From IMG/VR virus record IMGVR_UViG_3300010885_010158: 64,000 bases of DNA; one strand, 5' to 3'. Numbering within the stretch: position 1 is the stretch's first letter; each line of letters starts with the position of its first letter. Both the position numbers and the translations under genes were made by a program. Below the pieces are notes generated by a model that ran no database searches, was not told the DNA's origin, and was given only the letters and a program-made list of their open reading frames with translations. Positions 55,508 through 64,000 of this stretch are shown piece by piece. This DNA comes from an uncultured virus (IMG/VR IMGVR_UViG_3300010885_010158) (taxonomy: Duplodnaviria; Heunggongvirae; Uroviricota; Caudoviricetes).

Positions 55508-57820
55508 ATGAAAAAATACATGCATAACAAGATTATTACAAAAAGAAATGGTGAGCAAGAACCATTCGATGTAAATAAAATCCATAAAGTTTTAGAATGG
55601 GCAACAGAAGGTATTAATGGTATTTCCATTAGCGAGATTGAATTAAAAGCAAATATTCAAATTAGCGATGGTATGGCAACATCAGATATCCATGAATTAT
55701 TAATTATTTCTGCTGCTGAACTTATCAGTGAACACACCCCAAATTATCAATCAGTAGCTGCACGACTTGTAAATTACAAGTTGCGTAAACAAGTATACAA
55801 TCAATATGAACCTTGGTCTTTAATCAAGATCGTACAAGAAAACGTTAATCGTGGAATGTATGATGCTCAAGTTCTTATTGAATATAGCGAATCTGAATTC
55901 GATCAATTAGACAAATACATTAAGCACGACAGAGATAACGATTTTACATATGTAGGAATGGAACAATTCCGCGGTAAGTATTTAGTACAAGATCGCATTA
56001 CCCGAATTCCATATGAAACGCCTCAAATATTGTATATGTTAATCTCAATGAACTTATTCATGAGCTATCCTAAAGATACGCGCATGAAGTATGTTAAGGA
56101 GTATTACGATGCAATTTCTCAATTTTATATTAGCTTACCTACCCCAATCATGGCTGGAGTTCGTACACCTACTCGTCAGTTTTCAAGCTGTGTGCTTATT
56201 GAGTCTGGTGATTCTTTGGACTCGATCAATTCGACGGCAACTTCAGTTGTCAGATACATTTCTAAAAAGGCTGGCATTGGGATCGGCGCTGGTAGTATTC
56301 GTGCTATTGGCAGTCGTATTGGTGATGGTTCCGTTATTCACACGGGGCTTATCCCTTTCTTAAAATATTTTCAAGCAGCAGTAAAATCATGTTCACAAGG
56401 TGGTGTACGTGGTGGAGCTGCAACCATATATCTTCCGATATGGCATCTTGAATTCGAGAACCTAATTGTATTAAAAAACAATAAAGGTACAGAAGAAACT
56501 CGAGTTCGCCATATGGATTATTGTTTCCAGTTTAATAAGACGATGTATGAACGTCTATTAACTAGTGGTAATATTACATTGTTTTCACCTGATGAAGTTC
56601 CTGATTTATATGAAGCATTCTATGCAGATCAGGACAAATTTAAAGAGTTATATGTTCATTACGAACAAAAAGAAGGTATCCGCAAAAAAGTGCTTTCAGC
56701 TATGGAAGTTTTTACACAGTTCATGACAGAACGTAAAGACACTGGAAGAATTTATTTAATGAACGTTGACCATGCTAATAGTCATGGCGCATTCTTACCA
56801 GAATTGGCACCTATAAAGATGTCCAATCTATGTTGCGAAATCGATTTACCTACTAAACCTTTAACATCATCGGAGGATACAAATGGAGAAATCAGTCTGT
56901 GCACTTTGTCGGCCATCAATTGGGGACTCATCAACGAACCAAAAGAATTTGAAAAATATTGCGAGCTTGCAGTCAGAGCTCTCGACAACCTCCTCGACTA
57001 TCAACAATACCCAGTCTTGGCAGCAGAGAGATCAACCAAAGATCGCCGTCCTCTTGGTGTCGGCATCATCAACCTCGCGTACTTCTTGGCAAAACGAGGA
57101 CTTAAATACAACGATGCAGCCCTCACAACGATAGACGAATATGCAGAAGCATGGTCATATTATTTGATTAAAGCTTCTAATGATTTAGCTAAAGAAAAAG
57201 GTGCATGTCCTAAAAATCATGAGACTAAGTATTCACTTGGAAAAACTCCGAATGATACATATAAGAAAGAAGTAGATGAGTTAGTACCACATAGTGAAAG
57301 ATTAGATTGGAAAACATTGCGAAACGATCTACGCACACATGGTATTCGTAACTCAACACTGATGGCATTAATGCCTGCAGAAACTTCAGCTCAAATTAGT
57401 AACTCAACAAATGGTATCGAACCACCACGTGCTTTAGTTTCGTTTAAACAATCTAAAAATGGTGTAATGGCTCAAGTCGTTCCAGGTTTTTATAAATTAA
57501 AAAATCAATATGACTTACTATGGGATCAGAAATCTCCTGAAGGTTATTTAAAGATTTGTGCAATACTCCAAAAGTATATTGACATGGGTATTTCTGTTAA
57601 TACATCATATAACCCAGAAAATTATGAAGATCATAAAGTCTCGATGGCTGATATGATTAAACACTTGGTTATGTTTTATAAGTATGGTGGTAAACAACTA
57701 TATTATTTCAACACCTATGACGGTGCTGGTGAACTTCATGAAAAAGAATTCAAAGCAATAGAAGCACAGCTCGCTGAACCCGTTGATGGTGAAGACGACT
57801 GTGATTCATGCAAAATATAA
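55508..57820 (+). CDS. nrdA: Ribonucleotide reductase class Ia alpha subunit
   Basis: ATP cone, QFSSCVLI, SNLCCEI, MPAETS, C-terminal CDSC. Confidence 0.98.
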   Translation: MKKYMHNKIITKRNGEQEPFDVNKIHKVLEWATEGINGISISEIELKANIQISDGMATSDIHELLIISAAELISEHTPNYQSVAARLVNYKLRKQVYNQYEPWSLIKIVQENVNRGMYDAQVLIEYSESEFDQLDKYIKHDRDNDFTYVGMEQFRGKYLVQDRITRIPYETPQILYMLISMNLFMSYPKDTRMKYVKEYYDAISQFYISLPTPIMAGVRTPTRQFSSCVLIESGDSLDSINSTATSVVRYISKKAGIGIGAGSIRAIGSRIGDGSVIHTGLIPFLKYFQAAVKSCSQGGVRGGAATIYLPIWHLEFENLIVLKNNKGTEETRVRHMDYCFQFNKTMYERLLTSGNITLFSPDEVPDLYEAFYADQDKFKELYVHYEQKEGIRKKVLSAMEVFTQFMTERKDTGRIYLMNVDHANSHGAFLPELAPIKMSNLCCEIDLPTKPLTSSEDTNGEISLCTLSAINWGLINEPKEFEKYCELAVRALDNLLDYQQYPVLAAERSTKDRRPLGVGIINLAYFLAKRGLKYNDAALTTIDEYAEAWSYYLIKASNDLAKEKGACPKNHETKYSLGKTPNDTYKKEVDELVPHSERLDWKTLRNDLRTHGIRNSTLMALMPAETSAQISNSTNGIEPPRALVSFKQSKNGVMAQVVPGFYKLKNQYDLLWDQKSPEGYLKICAILQKYIDMGISVNTSYNPENYEDHKVSMADMIKHLVMFYKYGGKQLYYFNTYDGAGELHEKEFKAIEAQLAEPVDGEDDCDSCKI

Positions 57821-57969
57821 AAGAACTAGCTACAAAAAGATACGAGATCTGTTCTAAGTGTCCTAAGAAAACAGATCTATTAAAAATAGAACGTTGTAAA
57901 GCATGCGGGTGCGTAATTTTATTTAAGATTATAGCACCCACATCTAATTGTCCTTTAGGAAAATGGTAA
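57808..57969 (+). CDS. Small Cys-rich protein (53 aa, DUF6171-like)
   Basis: RYEICSKCP...CKACGC...CPLGKW; not in ORF track. Confidence 0.7.
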   Translation: MQNIKELATKRYEICSKCPKKTDLLKIERCKACGCVILFKIIAPTSNCPLGKW

Positions 57970-59094
57970 ATGTCATCAGTATTTAAATTAAAAACAACGA
58001 GTCACCTCGAATCTCCTATGTTTTTTGGAGAGTCAGTAGATATAGCAAGATATGATACAGTTAGATACCCACAGTTTGAGAAGATTACAGATAAACAACT
58101 AGGTTTCTTTTGGAGACCTGAAGAAGTAGATCTATCTAGTGATCGTAAAGATTTCCATGATTTAAATGATTTTGAACAACACATCTTTACATCAAATTTA
58201 AAACGCCAAATTTTATTAGATTCTGTACAAGGTAGATCACCGAATCTGGCATTTTTACCTATGGCTTCAGTACCAGAATTAGAAGTAATGGTTGAAACAT
58301 GGGCATTTTTCGAGACGATTCACTCACGTTCTTACACACATATAATTAGGAACATCTACGCAAATCCTTCTAAAGTATTTGACGAAATTAAAACTATACA
58401 ACCTATTTTAGATTGCGCTGAAGATATTTCTAAGTATTACGATGACTTCATTACAGCTTCGCGTTACTATGAAATGCTTGGTGTTGGAATTCATACAATT
58501 AACGGTGAAACTATTAACGTAGATCTCTATGAATTAAAGAAAAAATTATTCCTTTGTTTGTTGAGTGTATACATACTTGAAGGTATTCGTTTTTATGTTT
58601 CATTTGCATGTTCTTGGGCATTCGCTGAACTTAAAAAAATGGAAGGCAATGCCAAGATTATTAAGTTTATTGCACGCGATGAGAATGTGCATTTAGCAGC
58701 AAGCACTAGCATTATTAAACATCTTATTAAAGATGATAAAGATATCGAACGTATTCGCCAAGAAACTGAAAAAGAAATTAACGATATGTTTGTATCTGCA
58801 ATAGAACAAGAAAAAGAATGGTCTAAGCATTTATTTAAAGATGGCTCGATGATTGGTTTGAATGAAAAATTATTAGCCGATTACGTCGAGTGGATTGGTT
58901 GTCGTCGTATGCGTACATTAGGATACCATTGTCCATACACAGTTTCACAATCAAATCCACTCCCTTGGACAGAGAAATGGATTTCAGGAGGTAACGTACA
59001 AGTTGCACCTCAAGAAACTGAGATCACATCATATATAACTGGTGGTGTTAAACAAGATGCTACCGCAGACTCATTGAAAGGTTTATCGCTGTAA
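57970..59094 (+). CDS. nrdB: Ribonucleotide reductase beta subunit
   Basis: FFWRPEE, ETIHSRSY, EGIRFY, DENVH, VAPQETE. Confidence 0.98.
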   Translation: MSSVFKLKTTSHLESPMFFGESVDIARYDTVRYPQFEKITDKQLGFFWRPEEVDLSSDRKDFHDLNDFEQHIFTSNLKRQILLDSVQGRSPNLAFLPMASVPELEVMVETWAFFETIHSRSYTHIIRNIYANPSKVFDEIKTIQPILDCAEDISKYYDDFITASRYYEMLGVGIHTINGETINVDLYELKKKLFLCLLSVYILEGIRFYVSFACSWAFAELKKMEGNAKIIKFIARDENVHLAASTSIIKHLIKDDKDIERIRQETEKEINDMFVSAIEQEKEWSKHLFKDGSMIGLNEKLLADYVEWIGCRRMRTLGYHCPYTVSQSNPLPWTEKWISGGNVQVAPQETEITSYITGGVKQDATADSLKGLSL

Positions 59095-59336
59095 TGAAAA
59101 TTTATACAAGAACAGTTTGCCCTTATTGTGATCAAGCAAAAGCTTTGTTAGATTCAAAAGGAATTAGTTATGAAGCCATAAATATAGAAGACGACGCAGA
59201 TGCTAGGAATTTCTTAGCAACTCAAGGTCTTAGATCAGTACCACAAATCTATGAAGAAAGTACATTGATTGGTGGATTAAATAAACTAAAAGAGTGGATA
59301 TCCATTCAAGAAATTACATCTCAGATAAAATTATGA
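59094..59336 (+). CDS. nrdC: Glutaredoxin
   Basis: CPYC, SVPQI, IGG. Confidence 0.92.
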   Translation: MKIYTRTVCPYCDQAKALLDSKGISYEAINIEDDADARNFLATQGLRSVPQIYEESTLIGGLNKLKEWISIQEITSQIKL

Positions 59337-59524
59337 CAGAAAAAATACACGAATGTTTAGAATGTGGCGCTGAAGCTACCATAAAATATGACTATGATTC
59401 AGTCATAGAAGAACCACAATATTGTCCATTCTGTGGATCATCATATATACAAGAGGAATTAGAAGATGATGTTAACCTCTTGAAAGGTGATGGTTTCGAT
59501 GATGACATGGATTTACAATGGTAA
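59333..59524 (+). CDS. Small zinc-ribbon protein
   Basis: CLEC and CPFC motifs. Confidence 0.75.
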   Translation: MTEKIHECLECGAEATIKYDYDSVIEEPQYCPFCGSSYIQEELEDDVNLLKGDGFDDDMDLQW

Positions 59525-59930
59525 GCCTTACGAATTAGGCGAGCAGACGCATAAAGAAGTATATGGTTTCGTTTACGTAATTACTGATTTAAAAACAAAT
59601 AAACAGTATGTAGGTAAGAAACTATTTTGGTCTAGCAGAACTAAACAAGTTAAAGGTAAGAAAAAGCGGCTTAAAGTAGAATCAGATTGGAAAACCTATT
59701 TTGGTTCCAATAAACTATTACTTGAAGAACTTGAAAAGAACGGCGCAGATAATTATAAGCGAGAGATCCTTCACCTATGTGCAGGAAAGGGCGAATGTAA
59801 TTATTTAGAAGCACATGAACAGTTTACTCGCGGAGTATTAACTAGCGACCAATACTACAATGATTGGATAATGGTTAAAGTTCATAGAGCTCACATAAAG
59901 GGTTTACAGCAGGCAAAAACTGTGGTATAA
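59499..59930 (+). CDS. GIY-YIG family nuclease
   Basis: GFVYVIT...YVGKK, WKTYFGS, REIL. Confidence 0.8.
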   Translation: MMTWIYNGKPYELGEQTHKEVYGFVYVITDLKTNKQYVGKKLFWSSRTKQVKGKKKRLKVESDWKTYFGSNKLLLEELEKNGADNYKREILHLCAGKGECNYLEAHEQFTRGVLTSDQYYNDWIMVKVHRAHIKGLQQAKTVV

Positions 59931-59931
59931 T
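59903..59931 (+). promoter_or_regulatory. Phage promoter for rnh
   Basis: TTTACA-N17-TATAAT. Confidence 0.8.
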
Positions 59932-59938
59932 ATAGATT

Positions 59939-60790
59939 ATGATTATTATTGATTATTCGCAAATTTCCATCGCATCTTTCTATGCTCAGCCTAATGCTGA
60001 ACTTAATGAAGACTTTCTAAGACACATGATTCTTAATAGTATTAGAATGTATTCGCATAAGTTTAAGAAAGAATACGGTGATATAGTTATTGCATGCGAT
60101 GGTGGAAAATCTTGGCGTAAAGGTTATTTTCCTCAGTATAAGGCTCATCGTAAGAAAGCTCGTGAGGATAGCGGTTTAGATTGGAATTTATTCTATGAAT
60201 ACTTGAATCAGATACGCGAAGAGATTAAAGAAAACTTTCCATATAAAGTTATTCATTTAGAACACATAGAAGCTGATGACGTTATAGGAACTCTGGTTAA
60301 AGAGACACAAGAATTTGGTAAAAATGAACCAGTAATGATCATATCATCTGATAAAGATTTTATTCAATTACAGAAATATAAAAATGTTAAACAGTTCTCA
60401 CCAGTCCAGAAGAAAATGGTTACAGATACCAACCCCAACTTATACTTATTTGAGCATGTTCTTCGTGGCGATAGCGGTGATGGTATTCCTAATGTCCTAT
60501 CTGCTGATACTACCTTTGTGGATGGTTTACGACAAACTCCTCTCACTCAGAAAAAGATTGATGCGTGGTTAGAAAAAGCTGAAGATATCAAATCAGCAAT
60601 GGATGATGAGACGTATAGAAATTATCAAAGGAATAAAACATTGATTGATCTTGACATGATTCCAAAGGATTATGTAGACTCAATCAAGTATTCATATGAT
60701 AACCAAACACCAGCACCTCGTGCAAGAATGTTAGATTATCTTATTAAGAAGCGTTGTAAAATGTTAGTAGAATCTATAAGCGAATTTTAA
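59939..60790 (+). CDS. rnh: RNase H / 5'-3' exonuclease (FEN family)
   Basis: IIIDYSQI, EADDVIG, SSDKDFIQL, GDSGDGIPN. Confidence 0.96.
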   Translation: MIIIDYSQISIASFYAQPNAELNEDFLRHMILNSIRMYSHKFKKEYGDIVIACDGGKSWRKGYFPQYKAHRKKAREDSGLDWNLFYEYLNQIREEIKENFPYKVIHLEHIEADDVIGTLVKETQEFGKNEPVMIISSDKDFIQLQKYKNVKQFSPVQKKMVTDTNPNLYLFEHVLRGDSGDGIPNVLSADTTFVDGLRQTPLTQKKIDAWLEKAEDIKSAMDDETYRNYQRNKTLIDLDMIPKDYVDSIKYSYDNQTPAPRARMLDYLIKKRCKMLVESISEF

Positions 60791-60792
60791 AT

Positions 60793-61227
60793 ATGGCCAA
60801 AAAATTACTTGTCACCGAAATGTTAGAAGCTGTCGCTAAGGCGGAAGCACGCAAAGAAAAACTTGAACTGTTAAAACATTTCAATTGTTTAGAACTTCGT
60901 GATATCCTTAAAGGAGCTTTTGACGACACTATCGAATTCACTCTTCCAAAAGGAGTTCCTCCTATCAATGAAGATGAAAAGAAAAATTATGACAAGACTC
61001 GTTTATTGTCAGAGACCAAAAAGTTTAGATACTTTGTTAAAGGTGGTCCTGGAGATCAAGTTAACAGAGTCCGTAGAGAGAAAATGTTTATAGATATATT
61101 ATACAGAATAGATTCAAAAGAGATTCCGCTTATATGCCATATGAAAGATAAAACACTTGATGGCGTATATAAAGGTGTCACTAAAAAATTAGTTCAAGAA
61201 GCATTTCCAGGACTCATTATTAAATAA
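60793..61227 (+). CDS. Conserved hypothetical protein
   Basis: LPKGVPP, RREKMFI, LVQEAFP pattern; follows rnh. Confidence 0.8.
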   Translation: MAKKLLVTEMLEAVAKAEARKEKLELLKHFNCLELRDILKGAFDDTIEFTLPKGVPPINEDEKKNYDKTRLLSETKKFRYFVKGGPGDQVNRVRREKMFIDILYRIDSKEIPLICHMKDKTLDGVYKGVTKKLVQEAFPGLIIK

Positions 61228-61263
61228 ATATAGTATATGCTTGCACGCACCCCATCAACCCGT

Positions 61264-61298
61264 AAGGCCTAGATTCCCGACAGATCTAGGCCTTTTTT
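61264..61298 (+). terminator. Rho-independent terminator
   Basis: AAGGCCTAGAT...ATCTAGGCCTT plus T run. Confidence 0.85.
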
Positions 61299-61372
61299 GC
61301 TTTAGGAGAACGATAGACTAATTAACTTTTATATCATGTGATTTTTAACCTTTCAACTTCACGGAGATATGC

Positions 61373-61552
61373 ATGTTTTTTTCCAATTTAGAAAAATTAA
61401 AACGCGATTCGAGAGAGCTCGGACATTTTATACAAAAAATGCGAAAACGAGGGCGAAGCGATATTGCTGGTAGGCTTAAAATAAAAAAAGCACAGATAGA
61501 TTCACATGTTCAACAATACACAGAAGAAAAAAGAGTTAATTTAGTCAATTAG
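61373..61552 (+). CDS. Small basic protein (59 aa)
   Basis: GGAG SD; MFFSNLEKLKRDSREL...; not in ORF track. Confidence 0.6.
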   Translation: MFFSNLEKLKRDSRELGHFIQKMRKRGRSDIAGRLKIKKAQIDSHVQQYTEEKRVNLVN

Positions 61553-61574
61553 TAAAGGCGGTGATCGAATATCT

Positions 61575-61605
61575 CGGGAGGTTCACAAAACCTCCCGTTA
61601 TTTTT
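61575..61605 (+). terminator. Rho-independent terminator
   Basis: CGGGAGGTT-CACAA-AACCTCCCG-TTATTTTT. Confidence 0.8.
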
Positions 61606-61628
61606 ACAAACCCAAAAGGAGATACATT

Positions 61629-61757
61629 ATGGAAGATAAAAAAGAAATAAAACAAATAGAAGAAGTAAAAGAAGAAATACAACCAGAAATACCGTGCAAA
61701 GATGATGATAAAGCTTGCACTCGCAGATGGATAGATTCTCTTAGTGACTGCGCATGA
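61629..61757 (+). CDS. Small hypothetical protein (42 aa)
   Basis: AAGGAG SD; ATGA overlap with next ORF. Confidence 0.6.
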   Translation: MEDKKEIKQIEEVKEEIQPEIPCKDDDKACTRRWIDSLSDCA

Positions 61758-62011
61758 TAGTTGAATTTGCTATGGTAAGTGCCATGTATGTGGCTGATAT
61801 TTCAACTGCAGCGGATTATATCAATCCTATCACCATCGTTGTGAAAGGCGGAGAAAAATTAATAGATCATATTGATAAATCTTCTAAAAAGAAAGAACAA
61901 CTTCTCCCTAAAGAAATAACAGACAAATTTAATTCATGGGAAAAAGAAGATTGGTATAAAGACGATAAGAATAAAGATATGTGGGATCCTAACTGGATAA
62001 AAAAGTCTTAG
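61754..62011 (+). CDS. Hypothetical protein
   Basis: 85 aa ORF. Confidence 0.65.
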   Translation: MIVEFAMVSAMYVADISTAADYINPITIVVKGGEKLIDHIDKSSKKKEQLLPKEITDKFNSWEKEDWYKDDKNKDMWDPNWIKKS

Positions 62012-62017
62012 CGCCTA

Positions 62018-62046
62018 TGTACAACGAGTTATTTTCATGGTATAAT
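62018..62046 (+). promoter_or_regulatory. Phage promoter
   Basis: GCCTA-TGTACA-N17-TATAAT. Confidence 0.85.
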
Positions 62047-62053
62047 ATTAACT

Positions 62054-62389
62054 ATGATTATACACGCTCCAGCAATCAAAAGTAAAAAACGCAAGCCTAA
62101 CGCTAAACAACGAGCTTTAGCTGAATCTTGGCAAGCGATGCTCAAAAAATACGAAACCAAACCAGTACCAAAGTCTGTTAAGCTTATGCAGTCTACTAAG
62201 GCATACGTACGCGAGACACCTCGCTATCCATCGCTTAATAGCGGTGTTGGTTCTTGTACCAAACCCGTTCAAGGCAAAGTCTACACCGGCACAGCAATGA
62301 TCGGTATCGGCACACTACACAAATCTAATGCAGTACCTATCTTTAGCGCTGAAGAAGCTATTGAGATCTCTAAGATGCGTCGTGGTTAA
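62054..62389 (+). CDS. Conserved basic hypothetical protein
   Basis: YTG..MIGIGTLHKSNAVPI..MRR motif. Confidence 0.8.
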   Translation: MIIHAPAIKSKKRKPNAKQRALAESWQAMLKKYETKPVPKSVKLMQSTKAYVRETPRYPSLNSGVGSCTKPVQGKVYTGTAMIGIGTLHKSNAVPIFSAEEAIEISKMRRG

Positions 62390-62491
62390 TCTCAGATTTT
62401 TTCCTAAAGTAAAACAGCGCGGGTGACACCCCCGGCCCCCTAACGCACCCAGGATTTAGGGCCCCTAAAAATATATTTAAAAAGCTAATAA

Positions 62492-62504
62492 AATCAACGA
62501 CTTG
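62492..62504 (+). promoter_or_regulatory. IHF consensus site
   Basis: AATCAACGACTTG with upstream A/T tract. Confidence 0.55.
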
Positions 62505-62521
62505 CAAGGCCAGGGGCCCTA

Positions 62522-62550
62522 TGTACAAACAGCGAGAAACGTGGTATAAT
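62522..62550 (+). promoter_or_regulatory. Phage early promoter
   Basis: GGGGCCCTA-TGTACA-N17-TATAAT. Confidence 0.85.
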
Positions 62551-62581
62551 ATTCCTATACAATGAAAAAAGGACAAATTAT

Positions 62582-62968
62582 ATGATACTCGTTATTAGAA
62601 CACAGTTTATGGAAAACTACGGTGCACACGATTGGGACGGTGAAGGTGAATGTCCGCAATATTGGAAGATGAAAGGTGGTTCAGAGTACATGATTGACAA
62701 TGTACCACTTAACATCGATTATGCAGCAGTGGTCGAAATGGCTGAAGTTGAGAAAAATAACGAGTATGTTCGCGAATATATTCTTGATTGGTCACTCGAA
62801 AGCGATGACTATATGTCATGGTTTGAGAAGTCTCAACTTGAGTATGATGGCAAGATTTCGTGTAAAGAACCACGTCTTGACTATAACGAACTAAACGATC
62901 GTTATACAGATCCAATGGAATATGCAGAGATGTGTGCAGATAATGACGCAATCGCTTATGGAGCTTAA
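62582..62968 (+). CDS. Hypothetical early protein
   Basis: ENYGAHDWDG...WKMKGG; AAGGA SD. Confidence 0.8.
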   Translation: MILVIRTQFMENYGAHDWDGEGECPQYWKMKGGSEYMIDNVPLNIDYAAVVEMAEVEKNNEYVREYILDWSLESDDYMSWFEKSQLEYDGKISCKEPRLDYNELNDRYTDPMEYAEMCADNDAIAYGA

Positions 62969-62969
62969 T

Positions 62970-63197
62970 ATGAAAACATATAAAGGTGTTGAATACAACA
63001 CTCGTCACGGTGGTCCATTCGATCGCGGATCCGCTGATAGTTGGTACAGTCGTGGCATCAATCCTCATTATTATGTTGGTGACACACATATGACTACTAG
63101 GATTGATCTAGTCGACATGAGTAAAAAAGAGATAGAAGACTATCTCGCTGGTTTCAATTATAATGAAGAATTTGGTGGAAAAAAGGAGTATGATTAA
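62970..63197 (+). CDS. Hypothetical early protein
   Basis: HGGPFDRGSADSWY motif; GGAG SD. Confidence 0.75.
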   Translation: MKTYKGVEYNTRHGGPFDRGSADSWYSRGINPHYYVGDTHMTTRIDLVDMSKKEIEDYLAGFNYNEEFGGKKEYD

Positions 63198-63400
63198 TGT
63201 TAGCTTATTGTGATTATATGGCGAAAGTCATTCATGATTCTTTGAAAAAAGATGCATATGAATATGGTACATTCGTAGACTCAGTTGGTAAAGTGAATTG
63301 GGATCTTGGCGAAAAAGGCGAATTTTTATCAACTAAAAAAACTATGTCTGTGATTGATAGAAATGGTAAATCGTATCGTATAACTGTTGAGGAGCTTTAA
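63197..63400 (+). CDS. Hypothetical protein
   Basis: TAATG overlap, AAGGAG SD. Confidence 0.7.
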   Translation: MLAYCDYMAKVIHDSLKKDAYEYGTFVDSVGKVNWDLGEKGEFLSTKKTMSVIDRNGKSYRITVEEL

Positions 63401-63401
63401 A

Positions 63402-63788
63402 ATGGGTTTAGATATGTACGCGTTCTCTGTGCGCAAAGAAGATGCAATTGGAGATTTTGAATGTAAAACCGACAACGATGGTGGTGAGCATAAAGAAATT
63501 GCTTATTGGCGTAAGTTTAATGCTTTGCACGGTTGGATGGAAAAATTGTATCGCGAAAAAGGCGGAGACAAAGAATCTTTTAATTGTGTACCTGTACGCT
63601 TAACAGAAGACGATCTGATACGATTAGATCTTGATCTCATCAATGAAAATTTACAACCAACATCTGGATTCTTTTTTGGAGAACAAGAGATTGAAGATTA
63701 TCAATTAGAATCTGCTCATGAATTTCTTGCTAAAGCGAGAGATGAGATTGATGCAGGTCGCGAAGTTTATTATGATTCATGGTGGTAA
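63402..63788 (+). CDS. Conserved phage hypothetical protein
   Basis: MGLDMY, YWRKFNALHGW, GFFFG, YYDSWW. Confidence 0.8.
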   Translation: MGLDMYAFSVRKEDAIGDFECKTDNDGGEHKEIAYWRKFNALHGWMEKLYREKGGDKESFNCVPVRLTEDDLIRLDLDLINENLQPTSGFFFGEQEIEDYQLESAHEFLAKARDEIDAGREVYYDSWW

Positions 63789-63789
63789 T

Positions 63790-64000
63790 ATGATACGAGA
63801 AAAACAACTTACACACACTCCTATAATTGATCTTACAGGTCCAGAAGGCAATGCATTTTGTCTAATGGGTTATGCGAAGAAATTTGCACGACAGCTTGAA
63901 TTAGATGGAGATAGTATCATCAATGAAATGAAAGCAGGAAACTATGAACATTTAGTCTCTACTTTTGATAAACACTTTGGCGAATACGTTATTCTTGAGC
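63790..64000 (+). CDS. Hypothetical protein (3' truncated by window)
   Basis: IDLTGPEGNAFCLMG motif; open to end of window. Confidence 0.75.
   Translation, partial: MIREKQLTHTPIIDLTGPEGNAFCLMGYAKKFARQLELDGDSIINEMKAGNYEHLVSTFDKHFGEYVILE

Noticed and set aside
25733..59094. Introns or inteins in gp43, uvsX, gp41, nrdA, nrdB
   Set aside because: All are continuous and of ordinary length, with no intein-like insertions seen
59499..59930. Mobile homing endonuclease or intron
   Set aside because: Short stand-alone GIY-YIG domain without a DNA-binding extension; flanking genes uninterrupted
61228..61298. Possible small RNA between an AATAAATA late-like motif and a terminator
   Set aside because: Promoter is a variant and the hairpin is adequately explained as the terminator of the upstream operon
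1335..63089. Numerous minus-strand ORFs in the six-frame track
   Set aside because: They are antisense shadows of well-supported plus-strand genes, with no SD, recognisable motifs or dedicated promoters
1..64000. tRNA genes, CRISPR arrays, known riboswitches or ribozymes, stop-codon reassignment
   Set aside because: No cloverleaf or repeat-spacer pattern seen; no known riboswitch or ribozyme consensus recognised by eye (an Rfam scan is still needed); core genes are intact under the standard code and TAA, TGA and TAG all serve as stops

Overview
The window is a 64 kb segment of an AT-rich T4-like (myovirus) phage genome, with all credible genes on the + strand. Its gene order resembles aquatic T4-like phages: gp17-18-19-20-21-22-23-3, uvsY, uvsW, gp55, gp47/46, peptide deformylase, CobT/CobS-like pair, gp45/44/62, regA, hsp20, gp43, uvsX, gp41, thyX, a late accessory block, tail fibre, spanins, nrdAB/glutaredoxin, RNase H and small early genes. 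Spanins and IHF-consensus sites point to a Gram-negative host. Two regions stand out. (1) At 28.3-35.3 kb a T4 gp42-type dCMP hydroxymethylase is followed by two putative HhH-fold (aGPT-Pplase/5-hmU-kinase-like) paralogues, an SGNH protein and a PLP enzyme, with no glucosyltransferase in the window. This suggests an undescribed amino-acid-type hypermodification of hydroxymethylcytosine. (2) At 41.9-52.0 kb a late block encodes proteins with T4 capsid-targeting-like N-termini and many gp21-type cleavage sites. Some are about 10% His, and they carry ligase-like, nucleotidyltransferase and PD-(D/E)xK nuclease modules, consistent with capsid-packaged, protease-processed, injected effectors. The window also has 16 copies of a TGTACA-N17-TATAAT promoter (one antisense), three pseudoknotted leaders and several candidate +1-frame embedded genes. 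All family assignments come from motif recognition by eye, not database searches.
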